Virus record (IMG/VR): IMGVR_UViG_2540341091_000008
DNA: 31,086 nucleotides
Direction: 5' to 3' (one strand)
Origin: a virus
Taxonomy: Duplodnaviria; Heunggongvirae; Uroviricota; Caudoviricetes
This document shows, in pieces, positions 29,520-31,086 of the stretch (position 1 is its first letter; the number at the start of each line of letters is the position of its first letter). A model generated the notes under the pieces. It was not told where the DNA came from, did no database searches, and saw only the letters and a program-made list of their open reading frames with translations. Position numbers and translations under genes: made by a program.

Positions 29520-29771
29520 ATGAGCGAAGTAATCATGATTGTCTCTCCCGGCAAATGGGTATCCGAAGAGCAGTTAATTGCGCTGAAAGGAATAAAAAAA
29601 GGTACGTTAAAAAAGGCCCGGGAAAAATCGTTTATGGAAGGAAGGGAATATAAGCATGTCGCTCATGACGGTATGCCATGGGATAACAGTCCATGCTTTT
29701 ACAACCTGGAAGAAATTGATCGCTGGATTGAGCGCCAGGCATCAGCAAGACCAAGACGTCATCTTACTTGA
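29520..29771 (+). CDS. excisionase-like protein, 83 aa
   Basis: Small basic ORF immediately upstream of the integrase; typical Xis position. Confidence 0.6.
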   Translation: MSEVIMIVSPGKWVSEEQLIALKGIKKGTLKKAREKSFMEGREYKHVAHDGMPWDNSPCFYNLEEIDRWIERQASARPRRHLT

Positions 29772-29805
29772 CTAAAAGCCACACTAACTAATGAGAGAAG
29801 TTGAA

Positions 29806-31086
29806 ATGAAATATCCGACAGGCGTGGAAAACCATGGAGGGAAATTACGTATCTGGTTTGTTTATAAAGGCGTAAGAGTCAGGGAAAACCTGGGGGTTCC
29901 TGACACAGCAAAAAACAGGCGCGTTGCAGGTGAGCTACGCGCCTCTGTTTGTTACGCAATAAAAACTGGTGTTTTCGACTATGCAAAACAGTTTCCCTCC
30001 TCACGCAATCTGGAAAAATTTGGTGAGGCCCGACAAGATTTAACCATAAAAGAACTGGCTGAAAAATTTCTGGCACTGAAAGAAACTGAAGTCGCAAAAA
30101 CATCACTCAACACATACCGTGCCGTCATCAAAAATATCCTGAGCATAATCGGTGAAAAAAATCTTGCCTCATCGATTAATAAAGAAAAATTACTGGAGGT
30201 TCGTAAAGAGCTACTGACTGGATACCAGATCCCCAAAAGTAACTATATTGTTACACAACCAGGGAGATCGGCTGTAACTGTAAATAATTACATGACAAAT
30301 CTTAACGCCGTGTTCCAGTTTGGTGTTGATAACGGTTACCTGGCAGATAACCCGTTTAAGGGGATCTCGCCATTAAAGGAATCAAGAACCATTCCGGATC
30401 CTCTTTCGCGGGAGGAATTCATCCGTCTTATCGATGCGTGCAGAAATCAGCAAGCCAAAAATTTATGGTGTGTTTCTGTTTATACTGGCGTTCGCCCTGG
30501 TGAGCTGTGTGCACTTGGATGGGAGGACATAGATCTGAAAAATGGAACAATGATGATCAGGAGAAATTTAGCAAAAGACCGTTTCACGGTACCAAAAACA
30601 CAGGCGGGAACCAATCGGGTCATTCATCTTATTAAGCCAGCAATCGACGCTCTCCGGAGTCAGATGACATTAACGAGACTGAGCAAAGAGCATATCATTG
30701 ATGTTCACCTCAGAGAGTATGGCAGAACAGAAAAACATAAATGCACCTTTGTTTTTCAACCTGAAGTGTCAGCGAGAGTAAAAAATTATGGTGACCATTT
30801 TACCGTTGACTCAATAAGGCAGATGTGGGACGCAGCGATAAAACGTGCCGGACTCCGCCATCGAAAATCATATCAGTCGAGACATACTTATGCCTGCTGG
30901 TCGCTGACAGCTGGTGCTAACCCAGCATTTATAGCAAACCAGATGGGCCATGCAGATGCGCAAATGGTATTTCAGGTATACGGAAAATGGATGTCTGAAA
31001 ACAATAATGCACAGGTAGCTTTGTTAAATACACAGTTAAGCGAGTTTGCCCCAACCATGCCCCATAACGAAGCAATGAAAAATTAA
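29806..31086 (+). CDS. intQ: phage integrase (tyrosine recombinase), about 426 aa; stop codon is at the window edge
   Basis: N-terminus MKYPTGVENHGGKLRIWF... typical of lambdoid integrases; C-terminal catalytic region with R...HxxR...Y motifs. Symbol assigned by position at the prophage end. Confidence 0.85.
   Translation: MKYPTGVENHGGKLRIWFVYKGVRVRENLGVPDTAKNRRVAGELRASVCYAIKTGVFDYAKQFPSSRNLEKFGEARQDLTIKELAEKFLALKETEVAKTSLNTYRAVIKNILSIIGEKNLASSINKEKLLEVRKELLTGYQIPKSNYIVTQPGRSAVTVNNYMTNLNAVFQFGVDNGYLADNPFKGISPLKESRTIPDPLSREEFIRLIDACRNQQAKNLWCVSVYTGVRPGELCALGWEDIDLKNGTMMIRRNLAKDRFTVPKTQAGTNRVIHLIKPAIDALRSQMTLTRLSKEHIIDVHLREYGRTEKHKCTFVFQPEVSARVKNYGDHFTVDSIRQMWDAAIKRAGLRHRKSYQSRHTYACWSLTAGANPAFIANQMGHADAQMVFQVYGKWMSENNNAQVALLNTQLSEFAPTMPHNEAMKN

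Overview
This window is almost entirely a defective lambdoid prophage of the E. coli Qin type, inserted at the 5' end of the host transporter gene ydfJ (1..1284). All identifications are from reading the sequence and recalling protein families; no database search was run. Left to right: ydfK, pin invertase, tail-fibre assembly gene and a side-tail-fibre C-terminal fragment; then on the minus strand a head protease, portal, gpW, large and small terminase subunits, and a probable cos site. Next come small accessory genes (ydfO, gnsB, ynfN, cspI), the lysis cassette (pinholin, SAR endolysin, Rz with embedded Rz1), cspB/cspF, antiterminator Q with a likely late promoter and terminator, ydfU, rem and a hok toxin gene. 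Beyond hok lie an AT-rich 341-aa gene of unknown family, a gene split by a complete IS2 (1331 bp, 5-bp CTGCC target duplication), an O-like replication gene carrying an iteron-like array, and a Cro-like/repressor switch. The right arm holds ydfA-ydfB-ydfC-DicF-dicB-ydfD, an intact 823-aa YdfE-like protein with a C-terminal DEDDh exonuclease domain, an excisionase-like gene and the integrase, which ends at the window edge. The prophage lacks capsid and tail genes: the head protease gene is fused out of frame to the tail-fibre fragment. The best candidate for an undescribed function is the AT-rich gene at 19732..20757, followed by the hok-proximal small ORF and the full-length YdfE-like exonuclease. 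No rRNA, tRNA or CRISPR array was found.
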